From assembly GCA_913778205.1 (NCBI GenBank), contig CAJYUW010000046.1, forward strand, positions 51,830-115,829: a stretch of DNA of 64,000 nucleotides. Direction: 5' to 3'. The DNA comes from an uncultured Curtobacterium sp. (GTDB lineage: Bacteria; Actinomycetota; Actinomycetes; Actinomycetales; Microbacteriaceae). A program made the position numbers and the translations under genes. Positions within the stretch are counted from its first letter, which is position 1; each line of letters begins with the position of its first letter. This document shows, piece after piece, positions 1-8,388 of this stretch. The notes beneath the pieces were generated by a model. That model worked only from the letters and a program-made list of their open reading frames with translations. It was not told where the DNA came from and did no database searches.

Positions 1-296
1 GTGGTCATCCCGGTGACGTTCTGCTCGTAGGTGTGCAGCGGTCGTTCGACGGAGACGCCGGCGTACTTGAAGCCGGCGACGTGCACGACCCCGGTGACGG
101 CGTGCTCGCGGAGCGTCCGACCCACCAGGTCGCCGTCCAGGATCGTCCCCTCGACGAACGGCACGTCCTCCGGCACGAAGCCGCGGAAGCCGCTCGACAG
201 GTCGTCGAGCGCGACGGTGTCGATGCCCGCCGCGCGCAGCGCTCGGACGACGTGGGACCCGATGTACCCGGCACCGCCGGTGACCAGCCAACTCAT
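1..296 (-). CDS. galE: UDP-glucose 4-epimerase, N-terminal part only (gene runs off the left window edge)
   Basis: Not in the ORF track because no stop lies in the window. Manual minus-strand translation from ATG at 296: MSWLVTGGAGYIGSHVVRALRAAGIDTVALDDLSSGF...VHVAGFKYAGVSVERPLHTYEQNVTG. It has a GxxGxxG Rossmann motif and a GalE-type extended-SDR N-terminus. Confidence 0.75.
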   Translation of the reverse strand, partial: MSWLVTGGAGYIGSHVVRALRAAGIDTVALDDLSSGFRGFVPEDVPFVEGTILDGDLVGRTLREHAVTGVVHVAGFKYAGVSVERPLHTYEQNVTGMT

Positions 297-349
297 GCTG
301 GTCACGCTAGCGGACCGCGGTCAGGCTCCGGGAGCGGGAACCTGCGTGT

Positions 350-1558
350 TCACGCCCCGGTCGCGATGAAGACGGTGGACGTGAGGCCCGAGGTCGCGTC
401 GGCCTCGACCGTGACGTCGCCCTCGTCCGGTGTGACGTAGCAGGACTCCCCCTGGCGCAGGAGCGTCGCCGACGTCGCGCCGACGAGCGTGACGACGCCC
501 TCGGTGCAGATGGCGATCGACGGGCCGTCGAGCGGTGCGACGCCGCCGGTCCCGAGTCCGACCGGGCCGCCGTCCGCGGTGACGCGCACCAGGGCGAACC
601 CGACGCCGTCCGGGGCGAACCGGTCCACGCCGGGAGCCACGTGCTCGGGCTGCAGGACCGGGGCGGGGTGCGCGGTGAAGTCGAGGACGCGCAGGAGCTC
701 GGGGACGTCCACATGCTTCGGCGTCAGGCCGCCGCGCAGCACGTTGTCCGAGGGCGCCATGAGCTCGATGCCGAGGCCGTCCAGGTAGGCGTGGATGTTC
801 CCCGCGGGCAGGTACATCGACTCGCCGGTCCGGAGGGTCACGCGGTGCATGAGGAGCGACACCACGATCCCGGGGTCGCCCGGGTAGGCGTCGCTGAGGT
901 CGCGCACCGTCCGGATGTTCGGCCCGGCCTCGTCGTCGGGGATCGTCGTCGCCAGGTCGCTGACCGCCCGCACGACCGCGAGCGCGCCCTCGTCGGCGGT
1001 CTCGAGCCAGCGAACGGTGTCCTCGAGCCCCTGCCCGAGGTGTGCGACGAGCGGCCCCAGGCGGCCCGTGCCGGCGTCGAGCCGCTCGACGTCGACCATG
1101 GTGTCCGCGACCGGCCGGAAGCCGCTGAGCGCCTCGAACCGCTCGCTGAGCGCGACGACGAGCTCGGGCTTCGGGAACGGGTCCTTGTAGTTGCGGGCCG
1201 GGTCGTCGATCGGGACGCCGGCGGCCTCCTCGCGCTCGTGTCCCTCGCGTGCCTGCTCCGGCGTCGGGTGCGCCTGCAGCGACAGGGGTGCGGCGGCGGC
1301 GAGCACCTTGAGGAGGAAGGGCAGGCCCGTGCGCCCCGCGCCGAGGGCGTCCTCCGGCTCGGCCGCGATCCAGTCGAGCAGGGTGTCGGCTCCCCCGACC
1401 ATCGCCGGGTTCACCACGACGCTCGGGCTGCCCGGGTGCGCACCGAGCCAGAGCTCGGCCTGGGGTGCGCCGGTGACCGTGCGGCCGAGGAGCTCCGGGA
1501 TCGCGGTGACGGATCCCCAGGCGTAGTCGCGCGGGGTGTTGGTGATGCCGAGGAACAT
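350..1558 (-). CDS. manA: mannose-6-phosphate isomerase, class I
   Basis: 402-aa ORF. N-terminus is PRDYAWGS...AELWLGAHPGSPS and later YLPAGNIHAY, matching the type I PMI (cupin) signature. Codon-biased, non-shadow composition. Confidence 0.9.
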   Translation of the reverse strand: MFLGITNTPRDYAWGSVTAIPELLGRTVTGAPQAELWLGAHPGSPSVVVNPAMVGGADTLLDWIAAEPEDALGAGRTGLPFLLKVLAAAAPLSLQAHPTPEQAREGHEREEAAGVPIDDPARNYKDPFPKPELVVALSERFEALSGFRPVADTMVDVERLDAGTGRLGPLVAHLGQGLEDTVRWLETADEGALAVVRAVSDLATTIPDDEAGPNIRTVRDLSDAYPGDPGIVVSLLMHRVTLRTGESMYLPAGNIHAYLDGLGIELMAPSDNVLRGGLTPKHVDVPELLRVLDFTAHPAPVLQPEHVAPGVDRFAPDGVGFALVRVTADGGPVGLGTGGVAPLDGPSIAICTEGVVTLVGATSATLLRQGESCYVTPDEGDVTVEADATSGLTSTVFIATGA

Positions 1559-1588
1559 GCGGCGAGCCTACCGGCGGGTGCGCGACGG

Positions 1589-1594
1589 TACCCT
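1589..1594 (+). promoter_or_regulatory. -10-like hexamer TACCCT, 6 nt before GTG 1601 (leaderless candidate)
   Basis: TANNNT hexamer in a 42-bp divergent intergenic spacer, with N6 spacing to the start codon. Confidence 0.3.
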
Positions 1595-1600
1595 GTCGGG

Positions 1601-2986
1601 GTGACGAACACGTGGCCGGTGGCTCGAGGGACGGTTCCGGAGCGGGAGGCGTTCGCGTTCGCGAGCGTGCTGCTCGCGGTGGTGTTCGCCGGCGACGCGG
1701 TGCCGAACACCCTGACCTGGGTCGGCGCCGGCGTGCTCTGGGCGCTCGTCGCGGCGTGGGGGGTGTCGATCCTCGTCCGGGCGAAGCCGCCGATCGCACG
1801 GACGCCCCGGTCGCTGTGGCTCTTCCTCGCCTGGTGCCTGGTGTCGATCGCCTGGTCGCACTGGCGCTTCGCCACCCTGCCGAGCATCGTCGTGCAGGTC
1901 GTCTGCGCCGCGGTCGCGTTCGCGGTGGCGTCGACGCTGTCGTGGCGTCGGATCCTCGACGCGACGAGCCTCGCGGTGCGCTGGGTGCTCGCGCTCTCGC
2001 TCCTGTTCGAGGCGTTCGTGGCGGTCGTGCTCCGACACCCCATCGCCCCGGTCTGGACCGACTACGGCGACGCCCGGATCCCGGACGCGTTCTACTTCTC
2101 GCGGGCCGAGCTCTTCACCGGCGGCCGGATCCAGGGGCTCCCGGGGAACGCGAACCTGCTCGCGATGGTCGCCCTGCTCGCGGCGATCGCGGTCGGCGTG
2201 CAGCTCGCCGAGGGCCGGATCCGTCGGGCCCGCGGCATCGGCTGGCTGGTCGTTGCCGCGCTCGTGTTCTTCCTCACCCGGTCCTCCACGGTCCTGGCGG
2301 CCGCGGTCGTCGTCGCGTTCGTCCTCGCGGTCGCCCTGTGGATCCGCCGGGTCCCGACCGACCGCCGCACACCGCGGTACCTCGCCGTCACCGGCGTCGC
2401 CGTGGCGCTGGCAGTGGTCGGGTTCGTCGCCCGTGGCGCCCTGTCCGAGCTGCTCGGCAAGGGGTCGGACGCCACCGGCCGCGGCGAGATCTGGGCGAAG
2501 GTGCTCGGCCTCGTCGACCAGCACCCCGTGCTCGGCTGGGGCTGGATCGGCTACTGGTGGCCGAGCATCCCGACCCTCGCCGACCTGGCGCACCGGAAGG
2601 GCGTCACCTACCTCCAGGCACACGACGCGTACCTCGACGTGTGGATGCAGACGGGGATCATCGGCCTGGTGCTCTTCGCCGTCTACGCCCTGACCACCCT
2701 GCACCGCGGATGGGCCGGCGCGACGCGCATCGGGTACGACGCCCGGCTCGGTCAGCGACCGTTCGACCCGGTGACCCTCTTCCCGCTGCTCCTCGTGGTC
2801 GCGCTCCTGGTGCAGTCGGTCGCCGAGTCCCGGCTGCTCTACCAGGGCAACTGGATCCTGTTCGCCCTGCTCGCGATCAAGTCGCGCATCGTGCTGGTCG
2901 GCGACGAGCCGTCGTCCACGGGCGACGGGCCGCGGACGCCGTCGGTGCGCCGCGCGTTCCGACCGACGCCGGCCGGGCGGTCCTGA
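1601..2986 (+). CDS. O-antigen ligase/polymerase family membrane protein (Wzy_C-like)
   Basis: In-frame GTG at 1601 inside track ORF 641..2986; the upstream part is shadow-like. Polytopic membrane protein with GWGWIGYWW...YLQAHDAYLDVWMQTGIIGLVLF, typical of the Wzy_C/WaaL loop. TACCCT-N6-GTG geometry supports this start. Confidence 0.75.
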   Translation: MTNTWPVARGTVPEREAFAFASVLLAVVFAGDAVPNTLTWVGAGVLWALVAAWGVSILVRAKPPIARTPRSLWLFLAWCLVSIAWSHWRFATLPSIVVQVVCAAVAFAVASTLSWRRILDATSLAVRWVLALSLLFEAFVAVVLRHPIAPVWTDYGDARIPDAFYFSRAELFTGGRIQGLPGNANLLAMVALLAAIAVGVQLAEGRIRRARGIGWLVVAALVFFLTRSSTVLAAAVVVAFVLAVALWIRRVPTDRRTPRYLAVTGVAVALAVVGFVARGALSELLGKGSDATGRGEIWAKVLGLVDQHPVLGWGWIGYWWPSIPTLADLAHRKGVTYLQAHDAYLDVWMQTGIIGLVLFAVYALTTLHRGWAGATRIGYDARLGQRPFDPVTLFPLLLVVALLVQSVAESRLLYQGNWILFALLAIKSRIVLVGDEPSSTGDGPRTPSVRRAFRPTPAGRS

Positions 2987-3040
2987 CCACTTCCGGGCGA
3001 TCCGGCGCCGGTCGAACCGGCACGGACGACACGACCGCCG

Positions 3041-4528
3041 TCAGCGCAGTCGGTCACAGGGCACGGCGGCACCCCACGGCGCGGTCCGGACCCGGACGAC
3101 GTCGAGTCCCGGGTCCGAACGACAGGCCCTGGTCGCCGCCGGCAGCTGCGGTGCCCACGCCGGCCCCGCCGAGCGCCGCGTCGCGGGCGGCTCGTCCCCG
3201 ATCACCCGCGGGACGGTCCCGGACCCGGCCGACGCGACGACCAGCGCGACCGCGCAGCAGCCGAGCGCCGCGCTGACGGGCCGAGCCGCGCCTCCCTTCC
3301 CGTCCCGACCCGCGGCGTGCCGAGCCTTCCCGTCCCGACCCGCGGCGTGCCGATCACTCCCGTTCCGACCCGCGGCGTGCCGATCACTCCGGTCCCGACC
3401 GGCGACCGCACGCACGCCGCCCGCACCGGCGGCGCCCAGGAGGACACCGCCCGCGGTCGCGACGGCCGAGAGCAGCAGCAGCCCGCTGGCCGCCGCGTAG
3501 CGGAGCGGCGGCACGCCGACGAGCGCCGCCGTCGAGGTCGCCCACGGCACCGCGACGCCGTTCACCCACAGCGCCGCGGCCCACGTGACGACCGAACCGC
3601 CGGTGAGCGCGAGCACCAGCCATCGCCCGGGCGCGGGTGCGACGACCACCGCCGCGACGAGGAGTGCGGCCACGGCGAGCGCCGGGACCCCGACCACCCA
3701 CCAGCCGTGGTCGAGCACCGCACGGACCGTCTCGCCGACGCGGGGGCGGAGGAGCCCGCCGAACGGCTGCAGCAGCCAGCCGGCGAACACGTCGGCGGCG
3801 CGGGGCCCGGCCGTCACGGGTCCCGGGCGTCCGTCGGTCGCCGCGACGACCACCTGCGCCGTCGCCCCGACCACGGCGACGACCGTCACCGGCAGCGGGC
3901 GCAGGTCCGGCCCGCGCCGGGAATGGACTCGGTGCCGCGGCCGTCGGGAGGGACGCGGGCCCCAGGCGAGGAGCAGCAGCGGCAGGAACATGGCCGTCAG
4001 CGGTTCGCTGAGCGTCACGCCGACGGTCGCGGCCGCGACCCCCGTCGAACCCGTCCAGCTCCGGGCCCGGTACGCCAGGAGCCACGGCGCGAGCGCGAGC
4101 AGGAACCAGTGCAGGTTCGCGGCGTTCCCGGCGATCTCGACGGGGGCCAGCGGCAGGACGGCGGGCACGACGGCGAGGAGCGCCCGGACCGGCCACGGAC
4201 CGACGACGTCGCGGGCGAGCACGAAGACGAGGGCGGCGGCTCCCCCGACGATGAGGCACGCGCCGGCCGACAGGGCGAGCGCGTACCGCTCGACGGGGAG
4301 CGTCCACGCGGCACCGACGAGGAGTCGGGGCACGAGGTGCAGGTACCCGGCGTACGGCCGGAGGAGGTCCCAGGGGGCGTCGACGTGCTCGCGCAGGAAC
4401 ACGCCGCCGTCCTCGGCCCACACCGTCCGGGCGGTGACGGGCCCGAGACGCCACCAGCCGACGCACGTCACGAGGGCGGCGACGAGCACGGCGGCGAGCG
4501 CGGTCCGGACCGGCTCGTGGCGCGCCAT
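3041..4528 (-). CDS. polytopic membrane protein of unknown function with a C-terminal 10-aa tandem repeat tail
   Basis: Start chosen at MARHEPVRTALAAVLVAALV (ATG 4528); the longer track ORF would overlap the divergent gene. There are many hydrophobic helices. The C-terminal repeats are (S/K)(D/A)RHAAGR(N/D)G. Confidence 0.65.
   Translation of the reverse strand: MARHEPVRTALAAVLVAALVTCVGWWRLGPVTARTVWAEDGGVFLREHVDAPWDLLRPYAGYLHLVPRLLVGAAWTLPVERYALALSAGACLIVGGAAALVFVLARDVVGPWPVRALLAVVPAVLPLAPVEIAGNAANLHWFLLALAPWLLAYRARSWTGSTGVAAATVGVTLSEPLTAMFLPLLLLAWGPRPSRRPRHRVHSRRGPDLRPLPVTVVAVVGATAQVVVAATDGRPGPVTAGPRAADVFAGWLLQPFGGLLRPRVGETVRAVLDHGWWVVGVPALAVAALLVAAVVVAPAPGRWLVLALTGGSVVTWAAALWVNGVAVPWATSTAALVGVPPLRYAAASGLLLLSAVATAGGVLLGAAGAGGVRAVAGRDRSDRHAAGRNGSDRHAAGRDGKARHAAGRDGKGGAARPVSAALGCCAVALVVASAGSGTVPRVIGDEPPATRRSAGPAWAPQLPAATRACRSDPGLDVVRVRTAPWGAAVPCDRLR
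3301..3397. repeat. 30-bp tandem repeat, 3 full copies plus a partial one, in frame inside CDS 3041..4528
   Basis: cgtcccgacccgcggcgtgccga(g/t)c(c/a)(t/c)tcc at 3301, 3331 and 3361. It encodes the 10-aa unit xxRHAAGRxG on the minus strand. Confidence 0.9.
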
Positions 4529-4586
4529 GGGCTGAGCGTAGGTCAGTATCGCGTTCTGTGAATAGTGCTTCCGGCCTGGACCGCAC

Positions 4587-5921
4587 GTGCACCCGGCCGC
4601 GGTACGGGAAGATGGACGGGTGACGGACGGCAGGGTGACGAGACGCGTGCAGGCGCGCCGGTACCTCTCCGCCTGGATCGGCTTCTCCGCGGGCGGTCGG
4701 TTCAGCCAGGCGCTGACCACCGCGATCGTCCTGTTCGCGTTCGGGGAGCCCACCGTCACGGCCGTCGTCGGCGCTGCCGGGACGTGGGCGGTGCTCGTCA
4801 CGCTGGTCGTGCTCGCCGGGCTCAGCCTGCTCGGACAGCGCTACCGGATCGAGTGGCACGGGGTGCTCCCGCTGTCGCTGCTCGCGTTCGTCGGGTACTG
4901 CGCGCTCAGCGTCCTCTGGAGCGAGTACTCGTGGGTGGCCCTCCGCGGGCTGACCGCCACCGTGTGCTTCGTCGGGCTCGGCCTCTACCTGGCGCTCGGC
5001 CGCGACCTCGTCCAGGTGATCCGCGCCTCCGGGGACGCGTTCCGGATCCTGCTCGTCGTGGCCCTCGGGCTCGAGGTGCTGTCCGGTCTGGTGCTCGACG
5101 TCCCGCTCCCGGCGTTCGGGATCCGCGGCGACATCGCCTACGGCGGACCGATCCAGGGCATCGGCGGGACCCGCAACTTCATGGGGTTCATCGCGGCGAT
5201 GGCCCTCGTCACGTTCGTCGTCGAGTTCCTCACCCGGTCCGTCACGGTCTGGCGCGCCGTCGCGTCCACCGCGCTCGCGGTGATCGCGCTGATGCTCGTG
5301 CAGTCCCCCATCACCGGGCTCGCGATGATCGCCCTCGCCGTCACCGCCCTCGCACTGTGGGCGTTGCGACACGCCCGGCCGACCGCCCGGCCGGTCGTGA
5401 ACGCGGTCCTCGGCGCCGCCGTCCTGGCGATGCTCGTCGTCGGGGTCGTCGGCCGGCACCGGGTCCTCGCGGAGATCGGTGCCGCCGGCGGGACCGCCAC
5501 GCGACTGGAGCTCTGGGCGCAGATCCGCACGCTCACGACGCAGTACCCGATACAGGGCTGGGGATGGGTCGGCACCTGGCCGCAGGAGGCCGTCGTGCCG
5601 TACGTCACCCTCATCGACCCCGCCGGCCAGCGCTTCACGTCCGCCCTCAACGCGTTCGTCGACGCCTGGCTGCAGATCGGCCTCGCCGGGACGATCCTGC
5701 TCGGCATCACCGCGCTGCTCGCGTTCGCCCGGGCCTGGGTGACCGCGACGACCTTCCCCGGCGTCGCCTACGTGTGGCCGGCGGCCGTCCTGGTGCTGCT
5801 CGCCGTGACGAGCACCGCCGAGAGCTACCTGCTGCACGGGGCCGGGCTGATGTACTTCGTGACCGTGCTCGTGGTCGCCGCCCGACGGCGCTCCTGGCGC
5901 CGGCACCTGCCGCGCGCCTGA
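4587..5921 (+). CDS. second O-antigen ligase/polymerase family membrane protein (Wzy_C-like)
   Basis: 444-aa polytopic ORF with GWGWVGTWPQ...ALNAFVDAWLQIGLAGTILLG, the same motif family as 1601..2986. The exact start is uncertain (GTG 4587 taken). Confidence 0.7.
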   Translation: MHPAAVREDGRVTDGRVTRRVQARRYLSAWIGFSAGGRFSQALTTAIVLFAFGEPTVTAVVGAAGTWAVLVTLVVLAGLSLLGQRYRIEWHGVLPLSLLAFVGYCALSVLWSEYSWVALRGLTATVCFVGLGLYLALGRDLVQVIRASGDAFRILLVVALGLEVLSGLVLDVPLPAFGIRGDIAYGGPIQGIGGTRNFMGFIAAMALVTFVVEFLTRSVTVWRAVASTALAVIALMLVQSPITGLAMIALAVTALALWALRHARPTARPVVNAVLGAAVLAMLVVGVVGRHRVLAEIGAAGGTATRLELWAQIRTLTTQYPIQGWGWVGTWPQEAVVPYVTLIDPAGQRFTSALNAFVDAWLQIGLAGTILLGITALLAFARAWVTATTFPGVAYVWPAAVLVLLAVTSTAESYLLHGAGLMYFVTVLVVAARRRSWRRHLPRA

Positions 5922-5984
5922 GCGCGCACGGGTTCCGCTCGGAGCACGGAGCGCGCGCGGGTCCCGCGCACGGGCGACCGGCCT

Positions 5985-6180
5985 GGAGGCGCGACCCACC
6001 CCTCGTGACGCGCCCCACGACCCCAGGCGCTCACCTCGTCCGGAGGCGCGACCCACCCCTCGAGACGGTCGTCCGGTCCGGAGGCGACCCGCTCCCGGCG
6101 AGGCGACCCGCGCCTCCAGGCCGTCACCCGGTCGGGAGGCGCGACCCGCTCCCGGCGAGGCGACCCGCGCCTCCAGGCGG
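5985..6180. repeat. degenerate ~57-bp tandem repeat array (4 units), intergenic
   Basis: Units start at 5985, 6042, 6080 and 6135, each beginning ggaggcg(cg)accc. Units 3 and 4 each contain the inverted repeat ggaggcgcg...cgcgcctcc. Confidence 0.8.
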
Positions 6181-6218
6181 TCGGGCCGGGTGGCTTCCCG
6201 CTCGTCACACGCTGCACC

Positions 6219-6224
6219 TAGACT
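6219..6224 (+). promoter_or_regulatory. -10-like hexamer TAGACT upstream of the secreted repeat protein gene
   Basis: TANNNT with TTCCCG 18 nt upstream. The same TTCCCG-N18/19-TAG(A/G)CT arrangement recurs at 25152-25182. Confidence 0.3.
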
Positions 6225-6268
6225 GCGGGAGGCCGTCAGGGGGACGGCCGCCCGACCGAGGGAGCCCC

Positions 6269-8131
6269 ATGCGCCTGCGTCGCCGCATCGCACTCGTCCT
6301 GACCGCCGCCGTCGTCGCCTCCGGGCTCGCCGTGGTCGCACCGGCCACCGTCGCCCAGGCCGCGGCACCCACCACCGGCCGCTACACGCCGATCGACACG
6401 ACCCGGGTGTGGTCCGGTGGGCTCAGCACCACGCCGAAGGTGGTGAAGATCACCGGGAGCGCCGTCCCGGCCAGCGCGACCGCCGTCGTCGTGAACGTCG
6501 AGATCGCGGCACCGACGGCCGCCGGGTACGTCCGTGTGACCCCGGCGGGCAAGGACGCCACCGTCGCCACCCAGGACTTCGCCGCCGGGCAGACCATCGC
6601 GAACCTCGTCACCGTGCGGCTCGTGAACGGCTCCGTGCAGGCGAAGCTGTCGAAGGGCACCGCGAACGGCTACTTCGACGTCGCCGGGTACTACGCCGAC
6701 GGGGCGGGTGCCACGTACACGCCGCTCGACGCGACCCGCGTGTTCGGTGGCACGGTCGGCACCGCACCGACGCCCGTCACCCTCGCCGGGGTGGGAGGCA
6801 TCCCGCAGGACGCCACCGCGGTCGTCGTGAACGCCCAGGTCTCCGGGCCGACGTCCGCGGGCTACGTCCGCGTCACGCCCGCCGGCCAGGACCCCACCGT
6901 CGTGACCCAGCTCTACGGGAAGGGGCAGGCGCTCGCGAACCTCGCGATCGTGAAGCTCGTCGACGGCGCCGTCCAGGTGAAGGTGAAGGCAGGCACCGCC
7001 ACCGTCTACCTCGACGTCGCCGGGTACTACTCGGCGTCGTCGACCGGTTCCGTGTTCGTGCCGCTCGACACCACCCGCGCCTACGGCGGCACCATCGGCA
7101 ACACGACGCGCACCGTCCGGCTCTCCGGCACCGCGGGCGTCCCCGGGACCGCCACGGCCGTCGTCGCGAACGCCGAGGTCACCGGCCCGACGAACGACGC
7201 CTACCTCCGCGTCACGCCGGCCGGGGCGGACGCACAGGTCGCGACGCAGGTGTTCTCGCCCGGGCGGTCCGTCGCCAACCTCGTCGTGTCGAAGGTCACC
7301 GGGTCGACGGTCGACCGTCGCGTGCAGGTGAAGGCCTCGAAGGGCTCCGCTGTGCTGCACCTCGACGTCGCGGGCTACTTCCTCGACGGGTCGAGCGGCT
7401 CCGGGTTCGGGGCGGACGTCTCGTGGCCGCAGGGCGGATCCGCGTCCGGCTACCCGTCCGGGCAGGCGTTCGGGATCGTCGGGGTGAACCGCTCGCTCCC
7501 GAACCAGACCAACGAGTCCCTGTCCCCGCAACTCGCCTGGGCCGCAGGGTCCGTCGGCGGGACGACGCAGCCCGCCACACAGCTCTACGTGCTCGCGGCG
7601 AACCCGGGCAGGGCCGCGTCGGTGTGGCCGTCCTCGAACGCGTACCCCGCCGGCGTCCAGGTCGCCAACCCGTACGGGACGTGCAGGTCGAAGCAGTACG
7701 ACGCCGCGTGTTCCTACATGTACGGGTACGCCCGCGCCTGGGACGACACGCACTCCCGCGGCGTCTCCGGTCCCGGCTCCTACCGCTGGTGGATCGACGT
7801 CGAGACCGGACTCTCCTGGCTCGGAGCTTCCGATGCCTCGGACCACCAGAAGCAGAACCGGGCCGACCTCGAGGGCATGGTCGCAGCGCTGCGGGCCTCC
7901 GGCGTGACGAACATCGGCCTCTACTCGACCAAGGCGCAGTTCACCCAGATCGCCGGCCCGGTGGCTTCCTCGTCACCGCTGTACCGGCTGCCGAGCTGGA
8001 TCGCGGTCGGGACCGACGGCGTCGCCGCAGCGCAGCGGGCGTGCGGCACGGGTGGCCTCACCGCGGGGAGCCAGGTGCGGATGACCCAGTTCGTCGCGAA
8101 CGGTCAGGACCTCGACGTCAGCTGCGTCTGA
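6269..8131 (+). CDS. secreted protein: signal peptide, four tandem ~100-aa repeats, C-terminal GH25-like/DUF1906 (Rv2525c-like) glycoside-hydrolase-like domain
   Basis: ATG 6269 preceded by GAGGGAG. N-terminus is MRLRRRIALVLTAAVVASGLAVVAPATVAQA. Four repeats follow of the form Y(T/V)P(I/L)D(T/A)TR...A(V)VVN...GY(V/L)RVTPAG...ANL...DVAGY(Y/F). The tail is GADVSWPQGG...WWIDVETG...GLYSTKAQF. The rest of track ORF 4565..8131 upstream is non-coding read-through. Confidence 0.8.
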   Translation: MRLRRRIALVLTAAVVASGLAVVAPATVAQAAAPTTGRYTPIDTTRVWSGGLSTTPKVVKITGSAVPASATAVVVNVEIAAPTAAGYVRVTPAGKDATVATQDFAAGQTIANLVTVRLVNGSVQAKLSKGTANGYFDVAGYYADGAGATYTPLDATRVFGGTVGTAPTPVTLAGVGGIPQDATAVVVNAQVSGPTSAGYVRVTPAGQDPTVVTQLYGKGQALANLAIVKLVDGAVQVKVKAGTATVYLDVAGYYSASSTGSVFVPLDTTRAYGGTIGNTTRTVRLSGTAGVPGTATAVVANAEVTGPTNDAYLRVTPAGADAQVATQVFSPGRSVANLVVSKVTGSTVDRRVQVKASKGSAVLHLDVAGYFLDGSSGSGFGADVSWPQGGSASGYPSGQAFGIVGVNRSLPNQTNESLSPQLAWAAGSVGGTTQPATQLYVLAANPGRAASVWPSSNAYPAGVQVANPYGTCRSKQYDAACSYMYGYARAWDDTHSRGVSGPGSYRWWIDVETGLSWLGASDASDHQKQNRADLEGMVAALRASGVTNIGLYSTKAQFTQIAGPVASSSPLYRLPSWIAVGTDGVAAAQRACGTGGLTAGSQVRMTQFVANGQDLDVSCV

Positions 8132-8141
8132 CCTCCCGTCG

Positions 8142-8173
8142 CCCCGCCCGTGGCGAGCTCGTCGCGGGCGGGG
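8142..8173 (+). terminator. GC hairpin downstream of the secreted-protein gene (9-bp stem ccccgcccg/cgggcgggg, 14-nt loop)
   Basis: Begins 11 nt after the stop at 8131. There is no T-tract, so it would be a non-canonical (I-shaped) terminator at best. Confidence 0.3.
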
Positions 8174-8241
8174 TCCGGGGAGCGGCGTACGGGACGTCCC
8201 CGGCGCGGGACCGGACGACGTGGCGTGGGCCCCGGCGCCTG

Positions 8242-8326
8242 CCGGACCGCGCGCCGGCGCCCGGACCGCGCGCCGGCGCCCGGACCGCGCGCCGCCGTCC
8301 GGACCGCGCGCCGGCGTCCGGACACC
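8242..8326. repeat. 19-bp tandem repeat, 4.4 copies, intergenic
   Basis: ccggaccgcgcgccggcgc x2 perfect, then 2 variants and a partial copy. Each junction creates the 10-bp palindrome gcgccggcgc. Lies between convergent genes ending at 8131 and 8389. Confidence 0.9.
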
Positions 8327-8388
8327 ACTCCGGGCGAGCGAGCCGCCGACGAACGCAGCGCGCGGGCGGGCCGACGACGACCGAATCG

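Noticed and set aside
321-1799. 492-aa minus-strand ORF and other long overlapping ORFs on top of manA
   Set aside because: Composition is Arg/Pro/Gly/Ala-dominated with no motifs, typical of shadow frames in very GC-rich DNA. The alternative frame (350..1558) gives a clean ManA sequence.
3384-6368. 994-aa minus-strand ORF spanning two membrane-protein genes and an intergenic repeat
   Set aside because: It is a shadow ORF with extreme Arg/Gly/Pro/Asp content. It crosses the tandem-repeat region and overlaps two well-supported genes on both strands.
8242-8326. Possible CRISPR array (regularly spaced GC-rich repeats), also considered at 5985-6180
   Set aside because: The units are directly abutting tandem repeats with no unique spacers. 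The unit lengths (19 bp and ~57 bp, degenerate) do not fit a repeat-spacer architecture, and there are no cas genes in the window.
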